Positions 11,766 to 25,195 of a DNA stretch of 64,000 bases are shown here, one piece after another. Source of the stretch: Octopus vulgaris (Eukaryota); NCBI GenBank assembly GCA_951406725.2, contig OX597820.1, positions 73,532,001 through 73,596,000 on the forward strand. Reading direction: 5' to 3'. Every line of letters starts with the position of its first letter. The first letter of the stretch is position 1. The position numbers were made by a program, and so were the translations under genes. The notes under the pieces were generated by a model, which saw only the letters and a list, made by a program, of their open reading frames with translations, ran no database searches and was not told the DNA's origin.

Positions 11766-12138
11766 ATTTATCACCTCTGTCTTATTGAAGGCGAAGGTAT
11801 TATTTTCAGTCGTGTTTGTTTGTTTGTCTTTGGACAAGATATCTCAAGAACTGCCAGATGGATTCAGATGCAACTTTCAGGGATGTTTGGCCTCATGACT
11901 GGCACAAACTGGTTAGATTTTGAGATCAATTTGGCACCGGACAAGGATTCTGGATTATTTTTCCTGTTTTTTTTTACTTAATTTTTGAGAGCAGTCAGGT
12001 TCATTTTTAGTATACTCATTTATGAGAGCAGTCGATTTTATTTTAGGTATTCTCATTTTAAAAATCATCTCCGGCTAATTATTGAGAGGGTGTTGGTATT
12101 GCCTTGGCAGAGGTTTGCGCTCTCTGAGTGCTCTTGTT
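11766..12138 (+). mobile_element. Helentron-associated non-autonomous element (HINE/DINE-1-like)
   Basis: 5' subTIR acctctgtc (11773) with a nearby inverted partner aggcgaaggt, a (GTTT)n tract, 3' subTIR ggcagaggt (12106-12114), terminal hairpin gcgctc-tct-gagtgc (12117-12131) and T-rich ends. Confidence 0.7.
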
Positions 12139-14212
12139 ATTATTATTACTTTTATTATTAGATTGGCTGATTGGAGTCTGGTGCAGCGGCTGGCTCTCCA
12201 GATCTCAGTCAAACCATCCAACCAATGCCAGCATAGAAAACAAACGTTAAACAATGATGGTAGCAGAATCTCTACAGCATCTTACAAAATAGTTTACATA
12301 TTTGTTCAAATACATATTTTGAATTCAAATCCTACTGAGGTCAGCTTTGTCTTTCATCTTTCAGGAATCAAAAAAATATAGAAACAGACAAGTATTGGGT
12401 TTGATCTGATTGACAAACCCCTCTTCACAAATTTCAGGCCTTGTGTTTTTACTAGAAGCAATTAATGGTAGTGGGTTGGCAGAATTGTAACATTACCTTA
12501 CTGCTGTTCTATAGACTTCTATTTTACAAGGAAGAACACAAGATTCTTTCATTTCTATATCTGGTTTTTCTCTTTTATCACTTTTACTTGTTTCAGTCAT
12601 TTGACTGCGGCCATGCTGAAGCACCACCTTTAGTCGAGCAAATCGACCCCAGGACTTATTCTTTGAAAGCCTAGTACTTATTCTATCGATCTCTTTTGCC
12701 AAACCGCTATGTTACGGGTACGTAAACACACCACTATCAGTTGTCAAGCGATGTTGGGGGGGACAAACACAGACACATACATATGCATATATACGATGGG
12801 CTTCTTTCGATTTCCGTCTACCAAATCCACTCACAAGGCTTTGGTTGGCCTGAGGCTATAGTAGAAGACACTTGCCCAAGATGCCATGCATTGGGAATGA
12901 GCCTGGAACCATGTGGTTGGTAAGCAAGCTACTTACCACACAGCCACTCCTGTGCCTCATTTGCAAGATTCTTGATGTAAAAGTATACTCTGTTTTTTAT
13001 CTTGGGAGGGTCATTATGCCAGTAATAACACATGCGCTGGTTCTATTTCATTTCTTTATTTTTATTTGTCAGTTGTTTTAATTATTTATCCAATTAATAT
13101 ATTAATCATTTGATTAATCAATCAGTCAGCTGGGTTTGTCAAAATCCTTTCATCGCCATTCATAACCTCATCAATGACATATACCTTCTCTAGTCCAGGT
13201 CTGCTCCAGGTTTGTCTGTCTCAGACTTTGTTTTCTGTATTCCACTCATATTCAATCAATTTTCTATGAATTCACTTTAGACTCAACATGTGTTACCCTG
13301 ATTGACTGCAAATTTACTTCATAGAGATTTCCTTAGAATTTTTATTTCACAACTAAAAAAACAAAACAAAAACCATTTCAATATCTTTCCTTCATTCTCA
13401 TAGAAACCAAACCAAAATGAGAATATATCTAAACAAACCCGATATTCTTCTCCCAACTTAATTTCTTCTCTCTTTTTATATCTCACCCTTGCTCTTTTCA
13501 TTTATTTATATATATTCACCTCCCACTTTCACTATCTTCCATATTCTCTCTTTTCCTTAAGCTTCTCTTCATCTGTCCACCTCTAGAAAACTTATAGAGA
13601 TCATTACAGTCTTATTTTCTCTAAGATGCCTCCGTAGAGTAAGACTATAAGACCTAAATGTCAAAATACTGAACACAATCTAATCAGATACTATTCAAAA
13701 GTCCATTGCAACCTTGAAAACTGAAAAGCCTATATTCCAAAGCTTTTTCAAGACTATTTTCATGGTTGCACTTCTTTTATTAATACAATAACTTTGCACG
13801 GGTTTCACCCTTCTATATTTTCAGATTTAAATCTATACTGTCTTACAAGTAGAATGCAGCACAATTTCTTGTTTACTTAAGCTGAGATGAACTGTTATTC
13901 ACAAACGTAATAAACCATCTGCAGTGGTTTCTATTCACTGCTAGTTTTATTACCATACTAACAAATGTGACCCACGTAACTGCATTTAGCTTTCTTCGTT
14001 ACACTCAACCTCTGTCTCTCTATCTGTCTGTCTCTTTCTCTCTCTCTCTCTCCCTCACCCTCTATCTTTTTCTGTTTGCCCCTCTCCCCCTCGCTACATG
14101 TGTGTGTGTATGTGTGTGTGTACACAGATATAAATATAGATATATTTATATACATATATGTACACACACACAGATATATAAACATGTAGAGAGAGAGAGA
14201 GAAAGAGAAATA

Positions 14213-14285
14213 AATAGATAGATAGATAGATAGATAGATATACATATAGATAGACAGGCAGACAGACAGACGGACGGACGGACAA

Positions 14286-14334
<49 letters not shown>

Positions 14335-14515
14335 CTGACAGATAGATAGACTGACAGATAGATAGACAGACAAATAGATAGACAGACAGATAGATAGACA
14401 GATAGATATATAGACAGATAGATATATAGACAGATAGATGGACAGATAGATAGATAGACAGACAGATAGATAGATTGACAGATAGATAGATAGACAGACA
14501 GATAGATAGATTGAC

Positions 14516-14553
<38 letters not shown>

Positions 14554-14621
14554 GTAGATAGATAGATAGGTAGATAAGTAGATAGATAAATAGGTAGATA
14601 GATAGGTAGATAGATAAGTAG

Positions 14622-14652
<31 letters not shown>

Positions 14653-14680
14653 GATAGATAGATAGTTAGATATATAGATA
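14213..14680. repeat. (GATA/GACA/GGTA)n tetranucleotide array
   Basis: Direct reading. A similar array lies at 32375-32690. Confidence 0.95.
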
Positions 14681-16330
14681 CATTTATCTGTATACATACA
14701 TGGATACACACAGACATATATATACGTCTATATATATAAACATATATGCATATATGTATATATATGTGTGTGTGTGTGTGTGTGTTTGTGTTTAAAAGAA
14801 GAGAATCTTTATTTTGCATAATTCTAAAAACGTGTTTGCACTACTATTACAAGCATATCAATGTTTAAGCTGTTATTTATTCATCACAGTGGAGACAAAG
14901 TACAAATACATCCATTTTCATTTTCATCTCCACCTGCTCAGACATGAAGCATTCAATAAATAACAACAACAAATGGAATAAACATTTCACTTTATGAACA
15001 ATTTGGTTTTGACTGCCATATTCTTGATCTGCCTTCTATATCTATGCAAACACAGATGCGTAGATAAGACATTGACTTCCCAATCACATCGTTTTGGGTT
15101 CAGTTCCAGTCTGTGTCGCCACCTTCGCCAAGTATCTGCTACTATAGCCTTTTTATTTTATTTATTTTTTATGCACCCTTTTCAAGCCTAGCCAGGCTCA
15201 TGGGCCCGGTTTCCCGGTTTCTGTGGCGTATGTGTTCCCCCCAGCTAGACGGGACGCCAGTTCCTTAGCAGCATTACCCAAGAAACAGGAAGAAAGAGTG
15301 AGAGAAAGTTGTGGCGAAAGAGTACAACAGGGGTCGCCACCAACCCCTGCCAGAGCCTCGTAGAGCTTTTAGGTGTTTTCGCTCAATAAACATACACAAT
15401 GCCCGGTCTGGGAATCGAAACTGCAATCCTCCGATCGCGAGTCCGCTGCCCTAACCACTGGGCCATTGTGCCTCCACACTATAGCCTTAGGTGAATCAAA
15501 GTACCATGAGCAGATTGGGAATTAGGAAACTGTAAGAAGCACATTGTATGTGTATTTATAAATATATATACATAGTCTAGCGGAGGCAGATGGCTTAGTG
15601 GTTAGGGTATTCAGCTTAAGATTATAAGGCTGTTAGTTCAATTCCTGGTGGTGCATTGTCTCCTTGAACAAGACTCTTTATTTCACATTGCTCCAGTCCA
15701 CTCAGCTGGCGAAAATGAGTTGTACCTATATTTCAAAGGTCCAGCCTTGTCACACTCTGTGTCATGCTGAATCTCCCTGAAAGAACCAGTATAACTGGAG
15801 ATCTCCCATGTATTTCCAATACAGAATTGTGACAAAGTAAAACCTCTTACCCTGCCACAAGACCACACAGAGTCCTTTACTAATCTTAGCAATATTGTTA
15901 GCCAGCTGTACTAACAGACAGCTGTTATTGATAATCCTGGATTACCCAGATTCATAATCCCTCACTAATAACCCTACACACACACATATACATATATATT
16001 ATATATTATGTATATATGTGTGAATGTGCATTGTTTGTCCCAACCACAACTAACACTGAACAACCATTGTTGGTTTAATTATGTCCCCATTACCTAGCAG
16101 TTTGGCAAAAAAGACTGATGGAATAAGTACTCTCTTTACTTGTTTCAGTCATTTGACTTTGGCCATGCTGGAGCACCGCCTTTACTCAACCAAATCAACC
16201 CCAGGACTTATTCTTTGTAAACCTAGTACTTATTCTATCAGTTTCTTTTGCCGAACCACTAAGTTACAGGACGTAAGCACACCAACATCGGTTGTCAAGC
16301 GATATTGGGGGGACAAACACAAACACACAA

Positions 16331-16361
<31 letters not shown>

Positions 16362-17180
16362 TATATATATATGTATATATATACACATATATGATGGGTT
16401 TCTCTCAGTTTCTGTCTATCAAATCCACTCACAAGGCTTTAGTCAGCCCGAGGCTATAGTAAAAGACACTTGCCCAAGGTGCCACACAGTGGGATTGAAC
16501 CCGGAACCATGTGGTTTATTAGCAAGTTACTTACCACACAGCCACTCTTACACCTAGGACTTGAAAAAATAAAAAAGATACTGTGGTCAATTTGTTTGAC
16601 TAAAAACCCCTCAAGGTGGTGCCCCAGCATGGCCGCAGTTCAATGACTAAAACTTGTAGAATATTAAAGGCAAAAGGTCGACTCTAAGATACAGCCAAAC
16701 TGAAAATAAAATAGATGATTGAATATATGAAATTATTATTATTTCATTGAAGATTTCCATTTAATATTAAACGAGTTAAAGTTGGCAGAACCGTTAGCAC
16801 ATCGGGCAAAATGCTTTGCAGCATTTAATCTGTCTTTATGTTTTGGGTTCAAATTCCACTGTGGTAACTTTGCCTTTCATCCTTTCAGGATCAATAAAAT
16901 AGGTACCAGATAAGCTCTAGGGTTGATATAATTGATTTACCTTCATCCCCCAAATTGCAGGCTTTGTGCCAATATTTGAAACTATAGGCACAGGAGTGGC
17001 TGTGTGGTAAGTAGCTTGCTTCCCAATCACATGGTTCTGGGTTCAGTTCCACTGTGTGGTACCGTGGGCAAGTGATTCTACTATAGCTTTGGGCCAACTA
17101 AAAGCCTTGTGAGTGGATTTGGTAGACGGAAACTGAAAGAAGCCTGTCGTATATATATATATATATAGATAGATAGATAG

Positions 17181-17332
17181 ATAGGTTTAAGAGACAGAAT
17201 CACCCTCAAGCAACTTAATCATCATTGAATGATATTATCCATAATAGGTACATATAGGGCTAAATATTAAAATTATCAAAATATTCAATGATGATTGAGT
17301 TGTTTGAAGGTGATTCTGTCTCTTAAACCTAT
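17181..17332. repeat. Inverted repeat with 50-bp arms
   Basis: 17181-17230 pairs with 17283-17332. Confidence 0.9.
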
Positions 17333-20300
17333 TTATATATACGTATATAATACAGTGAGTCATTCATTTTAGTACCACTAACTTGAACTTCTCTCCCCTG
17401 TGGACTCGGAAATAACTCCCCTAATATTAATATTAATTATTATATATATATGATATTAGGGAGTATAACTCCAAACTTACAGGGAAAAATCCAATTTAAC
17501 ATGAAATCAAATTTCACAATATAAATATATAATATATATAAATTTGAGAAAAACCACTATTATGTAATTCAAACAATGATAGACATAAACTACATCATAT
17601 AGAAAAAAAAAAAAATATATTATAAAACATATATCTAGATCACAAAAAGTACACAAAAAATGAATAAACATTATATAATAAGTAAAAATACGTTTGTGTG
17701 TCTATGTTTGTCCCCCCAACAATGCTTGACAATCAATGCTGGTTTGACAAAAGAGACCAATGGAATAAGTACTAGGCTTACAAAGAATAAGTCCTGGGGT
17801 CGATTTGTTCAACTAAAGGCAGCGCTCTAGCATGGCTGCAGTTAAATGACTAAAACAAATAAAAGAATAATATCAAATGAGTTATTAAATGTGTCACTGA
17901 TAAGATGCGATTATTATCTTCAATTAATTCTTTTAACAAACACTGAGGATGTCAATGAGGATAATAAAGAGATGCTGATGATAGATAAATCATCTTCCTC
18001 TGTAGCTGTCACATTAAATATCGTGATTTCTTTGTAAGGATGGTGTGTATTGGCGTACTAAATGTTAAATGAGTGCTTTTAAAATTTCCTCACACACATA
18101 CACACACACATGCATATATTCAAACACAACCAGGCTCCCATACATGTGCACACATACACTCACACATCATACACACAAACATACTCACACGCATATGCAT
18201 ACACACACACACCCACACATTCACACACACATACACTCTGACACACACACTTGCACACGTGTATCTGTGTGAGTGTGTGTGTATGAGTGTCTGTGCATGG
18301 ACATATACATTACACAGAAACACAAACATTCACACACATAGATGCACATACACACACACACATACATACGCACACACGTGTGCACATGCACACACACACA
18401 CAGAGAGTCAATCTAAAGTTCAAATTTCTAAGGTTATATATTCACCCTTAAGTGATGAACATCATCATTGCTTCATTAGGGGGACAAGGGACACCTTTAT
18501 TTATTGTCTCAAATATTTTACATGGATTCAACCTTCATCAAAGGATAGTAAATATTTTGCAGCACCTGTGCATGACAGCTGGTGTTGGTTTATTTACAAC
18601 CTCATAACTTAGCAGTTCAACAAAAGACACTAATAAATCGAGTACCAGACTTGAAAAAGTTATGCATCTGAGTTCAATTTGTTCAGCTAAAACTCTTCAA
18701 AGCAGAGCCCCAGAATGGCTGCAGTTCAATGACTGAACCATCTAAAGGATAAAAGACAAAAGATTAAAGATTAAAGTTTTAACCTCGGTGTTATTTAGTG
18801 CATTCATTTTGAGGGGAGGGGATGAAAAAATGTCAACTGCAATGTGAACCAAATCCAGTGCAATGAGATTACACTAAACAAAAAATACTGATTATTTATT
18901 ATGGGCCAATGATCTATGTGATCATTTAACCTACTGAAGATAATAGCCAAATTCCCTCTAATCATTAAAAATGCAAAGGAGTTGCAAAGTACCCCTCCCT
19001 CTCTCTCTCTTTGTGTGTGTTTTTGTTTGTGCATGTGAGATGAGTGTGTGTGTGTATGTGTCTGTGTGTGTGTGTGAGATGAGTGAGTGTGCCTGTGTGT
19101 GTTTGTGTATCTGTGTATGTGTGTGCATGTGTGTCATCTATGTGAGTGTGTGTGTGAGATGAGTGTGTCTGTGTGTGCATGTATATCTGTGTGTGAGTGT
19201 GTGCTGTGTGTGTGCGTGTTTGAGAGTAAGATGTCTGTATGTGTGTGTGTGTATCTGTATATCTGTATGTATATCTGTGTGTGTGTATCTATGTGTGAGT
19301 GTATCTGTGTGTGTGTATCTGTATGTGTGCATCTGTGTGTGTGTGTGTGTGTATGCATCTGTGTCTGTGTGTGCATATTTATGTGTGTGTGCATATCTGT
19401 GTGTGTGTGCGTGTGTGAGTAGGCATGCATGTGTGTGGAAGTAATTTTGTTTTGAACAGACCTCAGGGCTTAGTGTTAAGTCTGGTACTTATTCTATTAG
19501 TGTCTTTTTGTTGAACTGCTAAGTTATAGGGACATAAACAAACAAAGCCCGTTTGTCAAGTAGTGAGGTTGGGGGACAAACACACATATGCACACATGCA
19601 CACATCCATACACAAACACATGTGCACATGCACATATGCACACACACACACACATGAAGACATTCACATAAATGCACATATACGGACATACATATATGCA
19701 CATACATGCACACATACATACACAAACACACGTGCATATATGCACTCAGAAACACACATGCACACACACATACTCAAATGCAAACACTCATGCAAGCTCA
19801 CACACACGTGCATATGTGCACACACAGACACACATGCACACACACACAAACACAAATACACATGCATACACAAATACACATGGACACTCACACACATATG
19901 CATACACAAACACATGCAGACACATATATACATAAACAATGCATATATGTGTGTGTTGGCTTCCATGCAATTTCCATCCACCAAATTCACTCACAAGGCA
20001 TTGGTCAGCCCAGCCCAGCCCAGCTCTATCATAGAAGTCACTTGCCCAAGGTACCACACAGTGAGACTGAACCCCCAAAGCCACACATTTTCAAAGCAAG
20101 CTTCTTAACCACACAGCCATGCCTGCACCTGGACTCCCTATTTTCCCCTACATAACCCCAACACAGACTGGATTTGTAATAAAGAATAAAATCACTGCTA
20201 AATCCTTCAATGACCTAAAATAACAAATCCCCATGATTGTTGTTGTTGTTGCTATTGTTGTTCTTGTTATTGTTGTTGCTGTTGTTGTTGAGGTAAATCA

Positions 20301-20630
20301 TATAACTGTGATAAGAAAATTTCTCTGCACCCATTGAATCTTTGTTGATACATTCATAAATATGAGTCATTTGTAAAGAGCCACAGATAATACACACACA
20401 CACACATGTATCTTTATATATATACACACACACATATATATACACACACACACACATATCGAATTTTATATGTGTGTTTGTGTGCACATGCAATAAATCC
20501 ACATATTTCTCCTTCATGAACTGTTATAAAAGGATTAGCGTTTGATTGAGAATTTGTGATAGGTCATTGAGTACAAACCTTTTTCAATGGCTAGTAATTA
20601 GCATTAATTCTCTGTGTTCTTTTATTGCAG

Positions 20631-21234
20631 TGTGGAAATCTGCTCAAAGATTAGACCAGTGGCATTCAGACAGAAATATCTCCACTGATGAGAGGATTCA
20701 ACACTATTTGGACATTGCCTGCTATCTTTTAAACAAACAACAATGTGATTGGTCTGCTCTGAGATACTTTGATGTCATTGTATAAAACAAGCCAAAGAAA
20801 TCAACTTTCCAAATAAAATTATTTAATCTTTCACTTGATATTTGAAGTATGCGCATTCTCTCAGTAACAAACCACTCCAAAAACAGCCCAGAATATATTT
20901 GTTTACTGCCGTAATGTCAACATCTCGACTCCATAAACAATGAAAACATCTTTCTTTGATATCTGCTGAAATACAATGAAGTAATATCATAAGTATACAT
21001 ATGCTTTTTTAATGTTCGGAGAAGCTATGAGATATCAGGTTTAAAGTTGACAGTCTGGAAAAAACTTCAAAGATGACCTAAAATAAATCATTTTCACCCT
21101 GGCTATATAAACTTTAAGCAAATATTACAGCAGCCTGGAGTAACAATTAAACACCAAAAACTAATTGGATTTATCATGGACTAAGAAGAGTTTAGTATTT
21201 CAATGCTGTGATCATAGAGTAAATTTAAAATAAC
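20631..21234 (+). other. Probable 5' UTR part of the first coding exon of the fj-like gene
   Basis: Strong acceptor tctgtgttcttttattgcAG ending at 20630, followed by about 600 bp of repeat-free sequence running into the ATG. Confidence 0.45.
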
Positions 21235-21970
21235 ATGCTGACTTATAAATTTCGAATATCCAAAACAGTGCTTTTCTTTTTGGTAATATTTTCCATATTT
21301 TTCTTTTTTGTTAATAATGTCCTTTTATCCGAACCAAACATGCAAGCTCTCGACTATATCACAGATAGAAGGCAAATAAATGCCAAGCAAGCTGCAAATG
21401 CAAAATCTCACAGAGAACTCAGTAGTTATGACTCGCAGGCAAGAGTCCAGTGGTTAGAGCGGAAGCCGAAAGCTCATATTATTACTGCTGATGATAAAAA
21501 ATTGGTTAAAATCCATGGATTGAAAACTGCAGACAAAAATCTTAGATTTAAGAAGACTCTTAATAAAACATATAAAGACAACTTTAATAAAAATGAGAGT
21601 GAAGAATCGGAAATGAGTGAATATAGTGTGAACATGGAATCAACTCTTGAGGATGATGTTGATTACAATAACGATGTATATACAGAGGATAATTACTACA
21701 ACAATGTAGCAGAAAATACCATTGTCAAAGAAAAAGAAATTGACAAAATAGGAACTATTGGTTTGAACAAACCATTATTAAAATTTAAGTCATTTGAGAC
21801 TTTGCCAAAAAATTCCTCCAGTAAACAACTCAAAGTTTCAGATGTTGACAAAGAAAATGGAAAAGAATTGGTTAAAAGTTTCCAGAAAATCTCATCACCA
21901 TCCCCGCAGGACTTACCAATTAGTAATGGAATATTTTGGTCTTCAGCAATTGAAAATCTTGTGCCAAAAG
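21235..21970 (+). CDS. fj: Four-jointed-like Golgi secretory-pathway kinase, first coding exon (type II membrane anchor, stem, start of the conserved domain)
   Basis: ATG at 21235 with an in-frame upstream TAA at 21226. Short basic N-tail, then hydrophobic anchor TVLFFLVIFSIFFFFVNNVLL and an acidic stem. Ends in NGIFWSSAIENLVPKG, resembling FJX1 GIFWSRGLEEQVPPG. Donor AAG|GTAAGG at 21970/21971, phase 1. Confidence 0.85.
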
Positions 21971-22316
21971 GTAAGGAAAAATGGTTATGTTTTTTATTTA
22001 TTTCTCAAAAGTTTTCTCAAATGTTATAGTAATTATTATTAGTTATCATTATGCCAATGCTAAATACACACACACACACACTGGTCCTGTTTTCACTTAA
22101 CTCTTTTACTCTTTTACTTGTTTTAGTCATTTGACTGTGGCTATGCTGGAGCACCACCTTTTAGTCGAGCAAATCGACCTGAGGACTTATTCTTTGTAAG
22201 CCTCATACTTATTCTATTGGTTTCTTTTACTGAACTGCTAAGTTACAGGGACATAAACACACCAGCATTGGTTGTCAAGCGATGTTAGGGAGAAAAAAAC
22301 AGACACATACATACAT

Positions 22317-22353
<37 letters not shown>

Positions 22354-22693
22354 AACACATATATACGACAGTACGACGGGCTCCTTTCAGTTTCCGTCTA
22401 CCAAATCCACTCACAAGGCTTTAGTCGGTCTGAGGCTATAGTAGAAAACACTTGCCCAAGGTGCCATGCAGTGGGACTGAACCCAGAACCATATAGTTGG
22501 TAAGCAAGCTACTTACCACATGGCCGCTCCTATGCCTACTTCTTTATTTTCATTAATCAACTGGTTAATCATTTAACCAATTAACTAATTGAGTGTATGA
22601 TTAATTATTCAGTCAATCAATCACAGAGCTAGGTTTATCAAAGCCCTTTTATTGCCACTCATGACCCCATTAATGACATACCCCCACTCTACT

Positions 22694-22923
22694 CTAACCC
22701 TTTCATTACCATATTTTTTTGAGATGCTCTGTGTTTCTTTTAATTAATTTTAAATATAACAAAGAATTTAATAAAATAACTTTGCTTTCATTAAGCTAGT
22801 GTTAGGAACATAAATTGTGACTAAGGTTTGGTGGAAGATTTTAATTCAGAACTTAAAAAAAACAAGACATTTGTACTACAAAGCCAGAGGTGGTTTCAGC
22901 CAGGTTGGTATCGAAAAGGTTAA
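22694..22923. mobile_element. piggyBac-type MITE
   Basis: ctaa-ccctttcattacca ... tggtatcgaaaagg-ttaa. Confidence 0.6.
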
Positions 22924-24202
22924 ATCTACTTCAAGTCTATCAGTCTCAGTTTTTGTCTGAAAATATCTAAGAAATGGATAAATTATGGAAGAATTCTCTA
23001 AACAATTTCACCATATTTTCATTTGCATTTCTACAAACCATAGTTGCATGTGTGGTTAAGAAGCTCACCTTGTAACCACATGGTTTTGGGTTTAGTTTCC
23101 CTATACGGCACCTTGGCCAGATGTCTCCTACTATAACCCCAAGCTGACCAAATGTCTTGTGAGTGGATTTGATAGACAGAAACTGTGTGGAAGCCTGTCA
23201 TGTATGTAAAAAAACACCATTTGAGCATGGCCGTTGCCAGTACCGCCTGACTGGCCCTTGTTCCGGTGGCACATAAAAGCACCCACTACACTCTCAGAGT
23301 GGTTGGCGTTAGGAAGGGCATCCAGCTGTAGAAACTCTGCCAGATCAGATTGGAGCCCGGTGCAGCCATCTGGTTTGCCAGTCCTCAGTCAAATCGACCA
23401 ACCCATGCTAGCATGGAAAGCCGATGTTAAACGATGATGATGATGATGATGTATGTCTTATTTTTGTTCCCCCACCCCCACACTGCTTGACAACCAAAGT
23501 TGGTTTGTTTATATTCCCTTAGCTTAATGGTTCAGGTAAAGGGACAACAAGTACCAAGCTTAAAAAGTAAGTGCCAGGGTCAAGTTGCTCAATTAAACCC
23601 TTGAAGACATTGCCCCAGCATGGCCAGAATCCAATGACTGAAATAAACAAAACTTTAAAAGAAAAAAAGAAAAGTAAAAATCTCATGTTTTCCAATTTCT
23701 AAGTATTCCAAAAGGATCTGCCCTTCATTTAGTTTCCCTTAAAACGGTAAAAAAACTATGGCGGCTCAAATTTTGTTGTTATTTCCAATGAATAATGAAA
23801 TTCCTCAGCTAATTCTTGTCTCTATGAACAGTACAGTTCTATCAATTCCAATTTAGTGAATCATCTTAAATTACCATTTCTATAGTGACATCAGAAATAT
23901 GTGATTAATTCAAGTTTACAACCTAACTGATAAATTCTAACAGAATTCCGAAGCATAAGACTACGCTGCTGCTACTGCTTCTACTCTATCTCTTCGCAGT
24001 CAATGGTGTGGAATAACAAGCTTTCTTCTTTTTCCTCATCACCTACTTCTACCTGAGGTGGTCACCTACTTTCCTCACACTTGTTCACAGTTCTTGGGGC
24101 TATATATGTGTATGTGTGAATGTGTGTGTGTGTGTGCATGTATGTGTGTCTGTATACATGTAATAACATGTTTATGTATATATGTGTATATATATATATA
24201 TA

Positions 24203-24243
<41 letters not shown>

Positions 24244-24249
24244 GTGTGT

Positions 24250-24605
24250 GCAGTTGAAATTTACAGAAAAACAAAAGACGAAGAGAGGTGTATTAGTTCG
24301 ATGCTCAGGAAAGTGGAAAAGTCCTTTATGTGTCAAGCCTACGTTCTTCAACAGAAAGGAATAAGAGAAAATAAACAGAGGGGGAATAAAAAAAACTTGT
24401 GGATTTAGCAATCGAGCATATATATATAACGGGAAGCTTTATGAAAATAAACAAAAGACGAAGGCAGGTGGAATATAAACAAACAATTGTATTAGTATGG
24501 CGCTCAGGAATATAAATAAAACAAGTCTTTTACGTTTCGAGCCTACGCTCTTCAACAGAAAGATACACAGAAAAGAAACACAGAAAGAAACAAGGAGAGA
24601 AAAAA
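24250..24605 (-). mobile_element. Tandem pair of about 200-bp hammerhead-bearing elements (Penelope pLTR or retrozyme-like), family B
   Basis: Two colinear units offset by 204 nt at the ribozyme, in a (TA)n context. Homologues at about 45470-45635 (+) and 62716-62860 (-). Confidence 0.7.
24526..24563 (-). ncRNA. Minimal type I hammerhead-like motif, family B (core CUGUUGA)
   Basis: ucuuu-CUGUUGA-a-gagc(guag)gcuc-GAAA-CG-UA-aaaga. Helices I and II pair fully and helix III is the palindrome ACGU. Position 6 is non-canonical. Confidence 0.68.
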
Positions 24606-24904
24606 AATGTCTATTTTTCAGCATATTGGCAAAGAAAATTTTTTTTCTTTTCCCCTTATTTATAATTGTATTTATAATTTTCACCTTAAAAGGCATTTTT
24701 CATATGCTGGCCACTGATAAAAGTTTTTTGAAAAATTTTATCCTTATAGTAGAAGTATAAAGAATATAATTTTCTGACTCTTCAGATTTTTTCAGTATGC
24801 TAGGCCACTGGTTTAAATTGATATTAATCTAATTAATATCAATTTTTACCCTTATTATCTAAATTTATGTCATCATCGTCGTTTAACGTCCGCATGTATA
24901 TATA

Positions 24905-25100
24905 TATATATATATTATATAAAATCCATTCTGTCTGTCAGTGTGTGTGTCTACTAGGATCTCGGGTATCCTCCATCCGATTGTGCTCAAATTTGATATG
25001 GAGATACCGATGGTATCAGGACATGTATAAGTCTTGAAAAAATTACGAAAATCAATTCCAGGTGAGAATGCGATCGATAGAATGAATAAAATCGTTTTTC
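24905..25100 (+). mobile_element. Probable 5' part of a non-autonomous Helitron
   Basis: tatataaaatcc, a ctgtctgt microsatellite and atctc...ccatccgattgtgctcaaatttg, the layout typical of animal non-autonomous rolling-circle elements. No 3' CTRR found. Confidence 0.4.
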
Positions 25101-25146
25101 TTTGGAATAGCACCGTCAATTGGATAGGGTGGGGGGCGTTTTGCTC

Positions 25147-25195
<49 letters not shown>

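Noticed and set aside
14094-14819. 241-aa YLSI-repeat ORF (also 32071-32715)
   Set aside because: Translation of (GATA)n arrays.
20685-20705. CTGATGA hammerhead half-site
   Set aside because: No GAAA/UH or helix I partner follows.
21971-22029. C-terminal extension of the 264-aa ORF
   Set aside because: Read-through past a consensus GTAAGG donor. Homology continues in the exon at 41725.
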